Part shown: positions 36,449-44,937 of the stretch, piece after piece
Layout: every line of letters starts with the position of its first letter
Position numbering within the stretch: the first letter of the stretch is position 1
Source: a virus
Direction: 5' to 3' (one strand)
Length of the DNA: 64,000 nucleotides
Virus record (IMG/VR): IMGVR_UViG_3300045988_171839
Span: 1-64,000 of that record
The notes under the pieces: generated by a model
Databases searched by the model: none
Told to the model about the DNA's origin: nothing
Seen by the model: only the letters and a program-made list of their open reading frames with translations
Position numbers and translations under genes: made by a program

Positions 36449-38401
36449 TTAACTGTGTTGCTCAACATACGTCTCTCGACACTCATCACACAGAATGTCT
36501 TCGTCGTCATCTAATTCTTCCCCGCAAATTGCACACCGTTTTGCGGCATATATATCTTTGTTCTCGCTCGTGTTTTCGCCTTTTTCGCGTGACGCAGCAG
36601 TTTCATCAGACTCTATATCTTCGTCTTCTAATGCAGGACGGCCAACTTTCTTAGCTGAACCATCTTCGTTAGTGTTTGAGTCGGCTGACTTTTCTTGTTG
36701 TGTATTTAACTTTGAGGCCGCAACTTGAGTGAGCGTTGTTAAATTGTCATAGAATCCAATTGAGTCTAAATACAATTCTGCTGCTTTAGAGTCTTTAACA
36801 GTTATATCCTCGTAAGCAAGAAGTTTAGGAACCAAACCTTTCATACCTGCGGTAACCAGTTCTTTCAAATACTTTTTCTGATTTTGTTCAGAGAAAATAT
36901 CCCCAAAGATGTCCACTTTCCATTTATAGTCGGCACCTATACATTCTTGGACAATATTGTTAAGTGCTGATTTAAACTGTTTCACCACAAAATCATATTG
37001 AGCCGCCGAAAGCATATTGGCAGTTTTTACCTGCGCAATACTTGGTTTTTCGGTAGCGATAATATTACCGCCTTCACCCGCGCCACTAATAAAGTTTGAA
37101 AGTGCTTTAGTCTTGATTTCACTACTGTTGGGAACGTTGTTGAGACTTTGCAATTTCAAATTCTTCAACGGCGCAAAGAACGCTTCCGTATTGGTGCTCG
37201 TCATACTGTTAAACAGGTTTTGGAATTTTAAAACCGTTTCAGGGTTCATTGCCGTCTGATCACGACCGGTTGATGGATTAGGGATCAGCTCAATTTCACC
37301 CGTCAGCAACGACGTCAAGGGCGTACTAGCAATAAGCCCTGCTAGTACCGAGTAATCCGTCAATTCTTGCAAATCCATAAATAGACCTGCGGTATCAGGC
37401 GCTGCGGTAGCTGTAGAGGTATCGCTACAGAAAGTATAACACAAATCTTGAGGTAATTGGACCCAGAACATATATGTCCTTTTTTCAGTCCTCTCCAGCA
37501 ATGTATCATAAGAATTGCCGTCCTCATCGACGAACGCGTAGTTAGCCGCTTTTGCAACATCCAATCTGTATGACTTTTTCTTAGGATCGAAGATTGCAAT
37601 TTTATTATTGATCATATCACTCCATACTCTTTGAATAAAAGCAGGGTATTGATCAGGAACAAATGCTGGATTCATAAAGACCATTAAATTAAAACTTGCT
37701 ACAAAACCATGTTCCCCAATTGCCGTAAGTTTGACAAATTGTGGCGGGAGTTTTTGCAACGCCGCATAATCTACAATCTTTTTACCACCTTTTTTTGTCA
37801 CATGACTACGCAACAAATAACTCGGCTTACCTTCGCGTTTCACTTCAATCGCAATGCGTTTAAAAGTGTTCACTATATCGAATTTTTCGAGCCACTCGTC
37901 CACAAAGTCGTCATCTTTTTTGAATTTTTCCGTTTTATATTCAGATGCTTCCAACAAAGGCGGATATTTAACATACTTCATTAGAGGGATATCACCCGCT
38001 TGACGAAGTATTTTATAATACAAATACTGACTTGACGACAATGAAGCCGCTGCCCCACGAATATCTTCCTCGTGGAATTGAGGATTTTTTAACGCATTGA
38101 TAATACCATCTTTGCTCATCTCAATTGGCAGACCCGCCAACGTCTTCAATCGTGTGTTTTGTAAAAATGGATTATATTGATTTAAATTATAAATACCTTG
38201 ACCAAGAACACTGTTGGAATCAACATTTCCTAAAAACCGATTAAAGAAATCCGTGCAGCCTTGCAACACATCTTTAACTTCGGTCCCAGCGCCTCCTGTC
38301 GTCATCAACAACTTGGAGTCTTGCGGTTGTTCTTGTTCGGTAATGGGAATTTGTTTCTTTGGACGGCCACCTTTGTTTGTGGTCTTATTGGCTTCACCCA
38401 T
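36449..38401 (-). CDS. Portal protein candidate
   Basis: 650 aa and located downstream of the large terminase. AAAGGAGG SD. The acidic C-terminus carries CAICGE...CDEC. Confidence 0.55.
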   Translation of the reverse strand: MGEANKTTNKGGRPKKQIPITEQEQPQDSKLLMTTGGAGTEVKDVLQGCTDFFNRFLGNVDSNSVLGQGIYNLNQYNPFLQNTRLKTLAGLPIEMSKDGIINALKNPQFHEEDIRGAAASLSSSQYLYYKILRQAGDIPLMKYVKYPPLLEASEYKTEKFKKDDDFVDEWLEKFDIVNTFKRIAIEVKREGKPSYLLRSHVTKKGGKKIVDYAALQKLPPQFVKLTAIGEHGFVASFNLMVFMNPAFVPDQYPAFIQRVWSDMINNKIAIFDPKKKSYRLDVAKAANYAFVDEDGNSYDTLLERTEKRTYMFWVQLPQDLCYTFCSDTSTATAAPDTAGLFMDLQELTDYSVLAGLIASTPLTSLLTGEIELIPNPSTGRDQTAMNPETVLKFQNLFNSMTSTNTEAFFAPLKNLKLQSLNNVPNSSEIKTKALSNFISGAGEGGNIIATEKPSIAQVKTANMLSAAQYDFVVKQFKSALNNIVQECIGADYKWKVDIFGDIFSEQNQKKYLKELVTAGMKGLVPKLLAYEDITVKDSKAAELYLDSIGFYDNLTTLTQVAASKLNTQQEKSADSNTNEDGSAKKVGRPALEDEDIESDETAASREKGENTSENKDIYAAKRCAICGEELDDDEDILCDECRETYVEQHS

Positions 38402-38807
38402 TGGTGCAATCCTCCTTTTGATGTTTCGGTACTGCGATTAATTGGCCGGAAGCCAAGGCTTGGGCTAACTCAAGTTTAAGTGCCTCGATTTCCATTTTCT
38501 TCCGATATTTCTCGCTATTTAATTCATCTATCGCCCGTTTGGTCGCAAGATTAGTAAAATACTCACGCGCCCAATCAGCAACGTATCCGCCCTCATTACA
38601 AAGACCGTCTTCTGTAATCTCCAAAATTACACAATCCGACACGCCACTGCGTTTGATAGCAGATTTTAATTTTTGTTTAGAACACTCTCCCAGTGTTTGG
38701 AAATAAATTACTCCTTTTATTAGCATAAAAGAGCCCATTTTCCCAATTTTCTCTAAGAGATTTTCTATATCAATCCCAGTATGATCGAAAATTATTTTAC
38801 AGATCAT
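38394..38807 (-). CDS. Hypothetical protein
   Basis: AAAGGAGG SD. Confidence 0.4.
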   Translation of the reverse strand: MICKIIFDHTGIDIENLLEKIGKMGSFMLIKGVIYFQTLGECSKQKLKSAIKRSGVSDCVILEITEDGLCNEGGYVADWAREYFTNLATKRAIDELNSEKYRKKMEIEALKLELAQALASGQLIAVPKHQKEDCTNG

Positions 38808-38827
38808 CCTTCTGCCTCCTTTTGCTT

Positions 38828-39022
38828 CTATCTTCTCCGCCCAAATGGATTAGTGAATCCACTAAACGGATTGGTGCTTTGTCTTTGCTTGAATTCTTGA
38901 GCAATTCGATTGCTAAACAAAACATCCATATTTGTAGTTGGTTCAGCCGAACCTAAAATTTCGTCTCTGCGCAATTGTGCCAAGTGATGGGCTGCCAACA
39001 CACAGGTGTAGCATCTGTCATC
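38828..39022 (-). CDS. terL: Large terminase, exon 2
   Basis: Begins DDRCYTCVLAAHHL. After splicing this restores the nuclease-domain H-DDR...hA motif (..KMH|DDR..). It is in frame with exon 1. Confidence 0.7.
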   Translation of the reverse strand, partial: DDRCYTCVLAAHHLAQLRRDEILGSAEPTTNMDVLFSNRIAQEFKQRQSTNPFSGFTNPFGRRR

Positions 39023-39261
39023 CATTCTGTTACTTTAAGACTTATTTCTAAGCGGAGGGGCTCTTCATCCCCTCTCTCGCGTTTCTGTTGTTATATCGCG
39101 AGTTCAGACTATCGCACACCCGCTAACGCGGGTTCTCGTCATTTAGTCGTTCACGGTGTCATTGACTTCCGCCTTGTTATCCACTTCTGGACCTCCAAGT
39201 CAATTAGACAAGATTTAATCGAGCGGTTTATGTATTATGCCGCAAGTGCACAATGTTGTTC
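39023..39261 (-). ncRNA. Group I self-splicing intron (ORF-less, ~239 nt)
   Basis: Read on the minus strand. P1 pairs exon UGCAU with the internal guide GUGCA (39247-39251), giving U.G at the splice site. P10 pairs CAUU (39252-39255) with the exon 2 start GAUG. P7 strands are GACUAAAU (39141-39148) and GAUAGUC (39107-39113), as in Tetrahymena-type cores. The terminal G is at 39023. Confidence 0.75.
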
Positions 39262-40938
39262 ATGCATTTTACGAGACTTATCGGGTGGTAATCCGTATTT
39301 TACGTCACCACTCGGTGTCTTCGTTTTCACAATTGCTACAAGCTCTTCTTTCATCAGATCAATTTCAAGCAATGCTCTCAATTCCTCTTTTGAAAGTTCA
39401 AGTTTTTCCCCATCTTTTTCCCAAACCCCACGTTTAGGCACAGGCATCGGGAATATCAAATAATCATTTATGATCATTTCTGCACATTCGCCAAACATTG
39501 TCGTGCGCCATTTGCGCGGTTCGATAATACGACAAATGTCTTTTGACTGTCTGAACTTTTCAGCCTGCTCTTTTGCAGTATCGTCAGTTAAATCAATAAT
39601 TCCTGCGTGTTCAATACCGTCGCGATCTGTCCACGGAAGCATTAGATTGTCTGCATAACTACGACCACCACCACCAGAACCAGCATCAACGTAAAACATC
39701 ACGTTTTCATATTCAGGCGCTTTGCCATTATAAGCAACAATTAGCTTACGAATCCACTCTAATTGTTCAGGAGAACGCAAAGGTTTTTTATCGCCATTCG
39801 GTAGTTTTTCAATCAAGTTAATACCATTAACAATTTTGCCCATCCAACCGCGCTTTTTGTCTTTCCAATATTCTACAATAAGCACAAAGCTATTATCTTG
39901 TTGAAGAGCGGGGTCGTAGAATAAGCCATAATGATGTTCTGGACCTTCAGATTTAAATATAGGGAGATAATCTCGTTCGTTCCGTAGAATGTCCTGACGC
40001 TTAACAAGGGCATCGGTGCCCCCTGTATTATCAAATATATTGTAATATTCGCGCATAGCGCGTGCCTCATTGGTTTTTAAGGCATCGTCAATTTCACTCT
40101 GTTTAAGAAGTGGACGCATCGCCTTACCATTAATTTTTGGAGCAAGAGGAATATCACAGTTGATATCAGCACAAAAATACCCAGGAACGCCCATCATCAT
40201 TTTTTTTGCGCACATTTTATACACTTCCCACAAATGACTGTCGACATCTTCGGCTGATGACGCATAAATACATTGGGTGGGAATATCCTTGGGATAAACC
40301 GAAGCGTCAAAATTTCCGCCCGTTTTAAAGTCCGTATTTTGTGTTGTAAAAGGTTCGGTTAGTGCATAAAACTCTTTTGGGATTTTGCCTGCCTCGTCGT
40401 AAAAGTTCACATGAGAACGTTCGCCGACAACCGTCGTTGGTTTACCAATGATTGCTTTAATTTTAGAACCATTGTATAATTCACAAGTATGTCCTTTTTG
40501 GTCATGAGCAAATCCATCAGTATTAGCATTGCTTTTTACTAATTCGTCAAAAAAGACATCGCTCGCCCCTATCAATGAGGGGATGTTTTTTTTAGCGATG
40601 TTTTCCATCTTAGCAAAGGTCTCAAAAGATTGTTTGCCCGATACGTTCATAATTTTAATTTCTAATTTGGGGAACAATAAAGCCCTCGTCATTAGATAAA
40701 TCGCCCCCATAAACGTTTTACCCGCGTTTCGAGAACATACCCACACTGCTTTTTCAGCAGTCCACGTGTTTAAAATTATCCACTTTTGATAATCAAGCAA
40801 ATCTATTTTAAAAACTTTTTCAATAAATCTAGTAGGGTGCTTACGTCCCCATTGGATCAAACGATTGTATCGCTCAAAAATCTCTTGTTTACGAATATTT
40901 ACCTCATTATCGATGAGATTATGATAAACAGAAATCAT
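39262..40938 (-). CDS. terL: Large terminase, exon 1
   Basis: Walker A-like VCSRNAGKTF. The size and position are typical for TerL. The unspliced frame runs into a stop 8 codons inside the intron. Confidence 0.85.
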
Positions 40939-42110
40939 AACTTACCCCCTTTTAATTCAGGAGTTATCAATTCTTCAATCTCTACAGTAGACAGTCCTTT
41001 TCGCTTATATTCTTGAACGAGATCAACGATTAATTCTTGTCTGCGTAAATATTCTTTACACACTCTCAATGCTTCTTCCGCTTTTTTACGAGCGGCAATT
41101 TCTTGGCGAACTACGATTGCTTGTTCTTCAACCATTTCGGCATAATCAGAGTCGGATAACTTTAGTTGTGTAGAAATAGACTTGGCACTAATATCAGAAC
41201 ATTGCTGTATACTTGTGCTGGTCTCTATGTCATACAGATTAACCACACCTTCATCATAGTCATTATCTTCCATGTCACGCATAATGCCTGATAACGTACC
41301 AGCGCCTCTACTCTTTGAGTTAGCGTACTTTGCAGATAATCCGTGGTCTTTACACAACATTGATATGTTTTTGTTAACATCTGATTTCATCTTACGCAAC
41401 GTTTCTAAATCTTTCGCGTTTTTTACAATGTCGTCAGGTGTCAAAGAAAGTTTTGCAATCGCCAAATCCAATCGGTCAATTTCCTCATAGTTAGTAACTA
41501 TTTCAATTGCCGCTCTTTGACGCACTAGGTCGTTATTTAAAGTCGGATCAATCATCTGGCTGAGCGAACGATACAACATTGAGCGTTGCGATATAGGTTT
41601 GGATTCAAACGGATCGTAACCAAAACTTTTTTTAATATCGTTACAATTTTGTTTGTCGTCTTCCGTAAGCTCGTCTTCACCCTCTTTGAAACTAGCCATC
41701 TTAATAAATACTGACCGGCTTAACTGTTTGCAAAAAGATTTATTACAATATTCTTCGTTTGTAAAAATAATCTCTAGATATCTGTCTGGCATTATTTCAG
41801 TCGCATCCAATGATGTTGCCACACTTGACGCAAGTAAATCATCATAATACCAGTCATTAATTGCGCAGAGTTGGAAAAGTGCCTCAAGATGGTCATTTTC
41901 ACATTCTGCTAATATTTTATTATATAATGCACGAGTACATTCTTTACATAATAAAGATTTGTGCTCTTTATCTTTCACAGTTCGAAGTGCAGATATTGTC
42001 CCATTACTGCCCCAAAACTCTTCGGGGTCCAAACTGGTCTTGCATCCTACACAATATAACTTTTGGGCTATTGTGCCAAAAGCTGATAAAATCTTCCTTT
42101 CAGTGGCCAT
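40935..42110 (-). CDS. Small terminase candidate (zinc-ribbon N-terminus)
   Basis: Start moved to the ATG at 42110 after AAGGAGGG. Contains CVGC...CKEC. It is immediately upstream of terL and its stop overlaps the terL start. The call rests on position. Confidence 0.4.
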   Translation of the reverse strand: MATERKILSAFGTIAQKLYCVGCKTSLDPEEFWGSNGTISALRTVKDKEHKSLLCKECTRALYNKILAECENDHLEALFQLCAINDWYYDDLLASSVATSLDATEIMPDRYLEIIFTNEEYCNKSFCKQLSRSVFIKMASFKEGEDELTEDDKQNCNDIKKSFGYDPFESKPISQRSMLYRSLSQMIDPTLNNDLVRQRAAIEIVTNYEEIDRLDLAIAKLSLTPDDIVKNAKDLETLRKMKSDVNKNISMLCKDHGLSAKYANSKSRGAGTLSGIMRDMEDNDYDEGVVNLYDIETSTSIQQCSDISAKSISTQLKLSDSDYAEMVEEQAIVVRQEIAARKKAEEALRVCKEYLRRQELIVDLVQEYKRKGLSTVEIEELITPELKGGKL

Positions 42111-42191
42111 AAGCCCTCCTTGTGATCTACACACAACCACTCAAAAAAGCCCCCGCAACAGCGGAGGCTCTTTGAATAGTATACCCTTGAA

Positions 42192-43427
42192 CTACTCTTG
42201 AATATCTAAGTTAATACTATGATGCAACACGTTGTCACCATCAAAGATTAACAAGGTTTGGCTTGGTTTGCCAAACAAACGTTTGCTAAACGCATATTGA
42301 TCTACGCCAACAATACTACCATTTACATAAACTTTGAAATTGTTGAACGTTTTAAGTTTTTCACAATGATAATGGCCGACAAAAGCATAATCTACCACTA
42401 TCCCAGTGTAAGCAGTCATATTTTGGAAAAGCGTTGTAATATTATCATGGTGTCCATGAACAAATACGCCGGTCTTCCCGTTTTGGAAATTAATCATACC
42501 AATTTCCTGATCGAGAACATTTTCCTCAAAAGTAATGTTAGTATCTCTCAACCTTTCTTTTAAATAGAAAGTAATAAGCTTGCCATAATTTTCAGCCTCA
42601 ATACTTTCTTTAAGAGAAGGTGTCATTCGTGAATGATTATCGGTAACAGAATAATATCTCACATCTGGTGCAGCAGCCTGTAGTTGATTGAGCGTGTCTG
42701 CAATAATCTCGGATGCAACCATGATTTGTTCAACAACGTCGATTTGTTGCTCCAATCTTGCACTTGTGTGAATATGCCCTTGGCAATAATCGCCAAGTCC
42801 TAAAATATTTAATCTTTGGACATTGTTGTTTACACAATATCTAATTACATCTTGGATTAGTTTATTCACTCTTTTACGAGCGATGGTAATATTATATTTA
42901 TTATAATAATTATCAATCTCTACCCCAATATGTAAGTCCGACAACATTAAAACCGCTTCTGTGTAAGTATTTCCAACAGGATGATACACAACTTTGGGAA
43001 GTTTGGTAATATCCACAACCAACTCTTTCATCAAAGCTTTAAAATCATCCAAACGCGCTTCTTCTCTCATCATTCTTCGATAAGCATTTAAAGAATCGCG
43101 TGTTTTAACTTGTTGCTTATATAAATCTTGAATTTGTCCTTGGATTTCATCTTCCATTTCTTGGGTGGACAAATCTTCAACTGTTTTGTTGGATAATAAT
43201 TTTGAGTTTCTAGGCAATTCGCCGGAGCGTGCAAGTTTTTGCTTTACCCAACAACGATAATTTTCACCTGTCGTAAAAGGCATCCCCAACATCTCATTCA
43301 GGGCACTCCAGTTTTTTACTCCTAATGGTAACTCTTTGTGGGTTACCCCTATTTCAAACAAATCGTCCTCAGTTAAGTTTTCTTCATTAAACTTTTTGAG
43401 GAACTCTAAAAAGTCGGTTTGAGTCAT
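42192..43427 (-). CDS. Calcineurin-like metallophosphoesterase
   Basis: Motifs LSDLHIG, GLGDYCQGH, VHGHHD and GHYH appear in canonical order. Confidence 0.7.
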   Translation of the reverse strand: MTQTDFLEFLKKFNEENLTEDDLFEIGVTHKELPLGVKNWSALNEMLGMPFTTGENYRCWVKQKLARSGELPRNSKLLSNKTVEDLSTQEMEDEIQGQIQDLYKQQVKTRDSLNAYRRMMREEARLDDFKALMKELVVDITKLPKVVYHPVGNTYTEAVLMLSDLHIGVEIDNYYNKYNITIARKRVNKLIQDVIRYCVNNNVQRLNILGLGDYCQGHIHTSARLEQQIDVVEQIMVASEIIADTLNQLQAAAPDVRYYSVTDNHSRMTPSLKESIEAENYGKLITFYLKERLRDTNITFEENVLDQEIGMINFQNGKTGVFVHGHHDNITTLFQNMTAYTGIVVDYAFVGHYHCEKLKTFNNFKVYVNGSIVGVDQYAFSKRLFGKPSQTLLIFDGDNVLHHSINLDIQE

Positions 43428-43457
43428 GTATTTCTCCTTGTGCTTCTAGATAGTTTA

Positions 43458-43486
43458 ATACTATCACAATCTCTATTTTTTGTCAA
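43458..43486 (-). promoter_or_regulatory. Sigma70-type promoter
   Basis: The minus strand reads TTGACA, 17 nt, TAGTAT, upstream of the 42192-43427 gene. Confidence 0.45.
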
Positions 43487-43599
43487 ATTTTAGTGACATC
43501 CCAATTCTCTAATGAAGAGCAAAAAACCAACTATAAAACTATTATTTTACTCTTTCCATAGAATATTAGAACACCGTACCTTTCGACATCTACCCTAAA

Positions 43600-44352
43600 T
43601 CAGGTTTTTTTGGCCTGTCGAGAACGCCGTTTTAACTCGTTTTTGCGCTGTGTTAATTCGGTTTTATAACAATCGGGGCATAAATCCTTATATTTCTTTT
43701 TCCCCACGATAAACCTCTTACCACACGACCTACAAGTACCACTATATTCGCTAAATTGGAAATCTGTCTTAACCGTCCCTTTATTGTCAAAAAAATTTAA
43801 TTCGATTACATTCCCGTAAACAGGTTTCCCGTCTCTGAAATAGGCTTTCTGGTGCATAGTATATAAGTTGTATTGGACATTCCACTTGTCCATTTGTGCA
43901 ACTCTATATGGGCGGCGCTGGCGGCGGGTACCTTTAATCAACCCTTCCCAAACTTCCTGGCTACAAAAAAATCCATCTGCTCGTCCAAAAGAGCGTTGGC
44001 ACTCAACTAAAATTCGCAAAAACTCTTTGTATTCTTTGTCTACATCTAAACCTTCAATAAAATTATATTCTTTTGCTGTTAGCCCATAAATATATTTTCT
44101 ATTAAAGCCGTAATGTAACGCCTTCTCCCAAAACTTGTCAAAATACTCACGAGTTTCTTCTTCACTAAAACACCCTACAACTTGCGGTGACTCTAGTTCC
44201 ACCCAAATCTTATAGGCGGTCTCTTTAGTCACCCCTTGTTCTTGCCAATATTGACAAAGGTGTGTTTGTTCAGTGTTAATACTACGTCGTGTGTTATAAT
44301 ACCCTTGTTTTAACACCGCTTCTGAATTTTTATTCCAGTCCAAAATTAACAT
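43600..44352 (-). CDS. Hypothetical protein with C-terminal zinc ribbon
   Basis: AAGGAG SD. Contains CRSCGK...CPDC followed by a basic tail. Confidence 0.4.
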   Translation of the reverse strand: MLILDWNKNSEAVLKQGYYNTRRSINTEQTHLCQYWQEQGVTKETAYKIWVELESPQVVGCFSEEETREYFDKFWEKALHYGFNRKYIYGLTAKEYNFIEGLDVDKEYKEFLRILVECQRSFGRADGFFCSQEVWEGLIKGTRRQRRPYRVAQMDKWNVQYNLYTMHQKAYFRDGKPVYGNVIELNFFDNKGTVKTDFQFSEYSGTCRSCGKRFIVGKKKYKDLCPDCYKTELTQRKNELKRRSRQAKKT

Positions 44353-44355
44353 AGA

Positions 44356-44937
44356 TTAACTCCTTGTCATCACCGATGTGCGCAGTACAGCTAAGAATTC
44401 TTGTAAGGAATAATCAAGAGCGAACAGCTCATCTTCATTTTCTCGCACGAACACCGGGAGTTTAAAACATAAGATCGGATTTTTACTACCAACCACCCTA
44501 AATTCTAATTTAAGCTTCACGGCCTGATGCACCAATTCTAAAAACTTCTTATGATCCTTCATCCCCAACAATTGCATAATTTGTGGTTCGTCATATTTGA
44601 TCCACCCTGAGTCGTGCCAATTTGTTTTAGCCACATATATTAACACCCCAAACAAAGCTCGAACTTCCTCATTACTAATATTTAATAAAAAGTTCCATTC
44701 GTCCTCGTAAACCACGAAAGTTGTTAATGTATTTTTGGTATCAAGAGGGGCTTTTAATAAACAGTCCACAATTTGTTCAAAACATTGGTTATTTAATTCA
44801 AACCCGCGTTCACACTCAAGGAGAAATTCTCGTATAGAGCCGTCGGTCATGCCTTCGGCTCTTAACGAATTAATGATTTTTACAACGCTGCTGCCTTTCT
44901 CGATCGATTTGTTACAAATTTGTTCTTCAACTGTCAT
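44356..44937 (-). CDS. Hypothetical protein
   Basis: Start moved to the ATG at 44937 after GGAGGAG. Confidence 0.4.
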   Translation of the reverse strand: MTVEEQICNKSIEKGSSVVKIINSLRAEGMTDGSIREFLLECERGFELNNQCFEQIVDCLLKAPLDTKNTLTTFVVYEDEWNFLLNISNEEVRALFGVLIYVAKTNWHDSGWIKYDEPQIMQLLGMKDHKKFLELVHQAVKLKLEFRVVGSKNPILCFKLPVFVRENEDELFALDYSLQEFLAVLRTSVMTRS

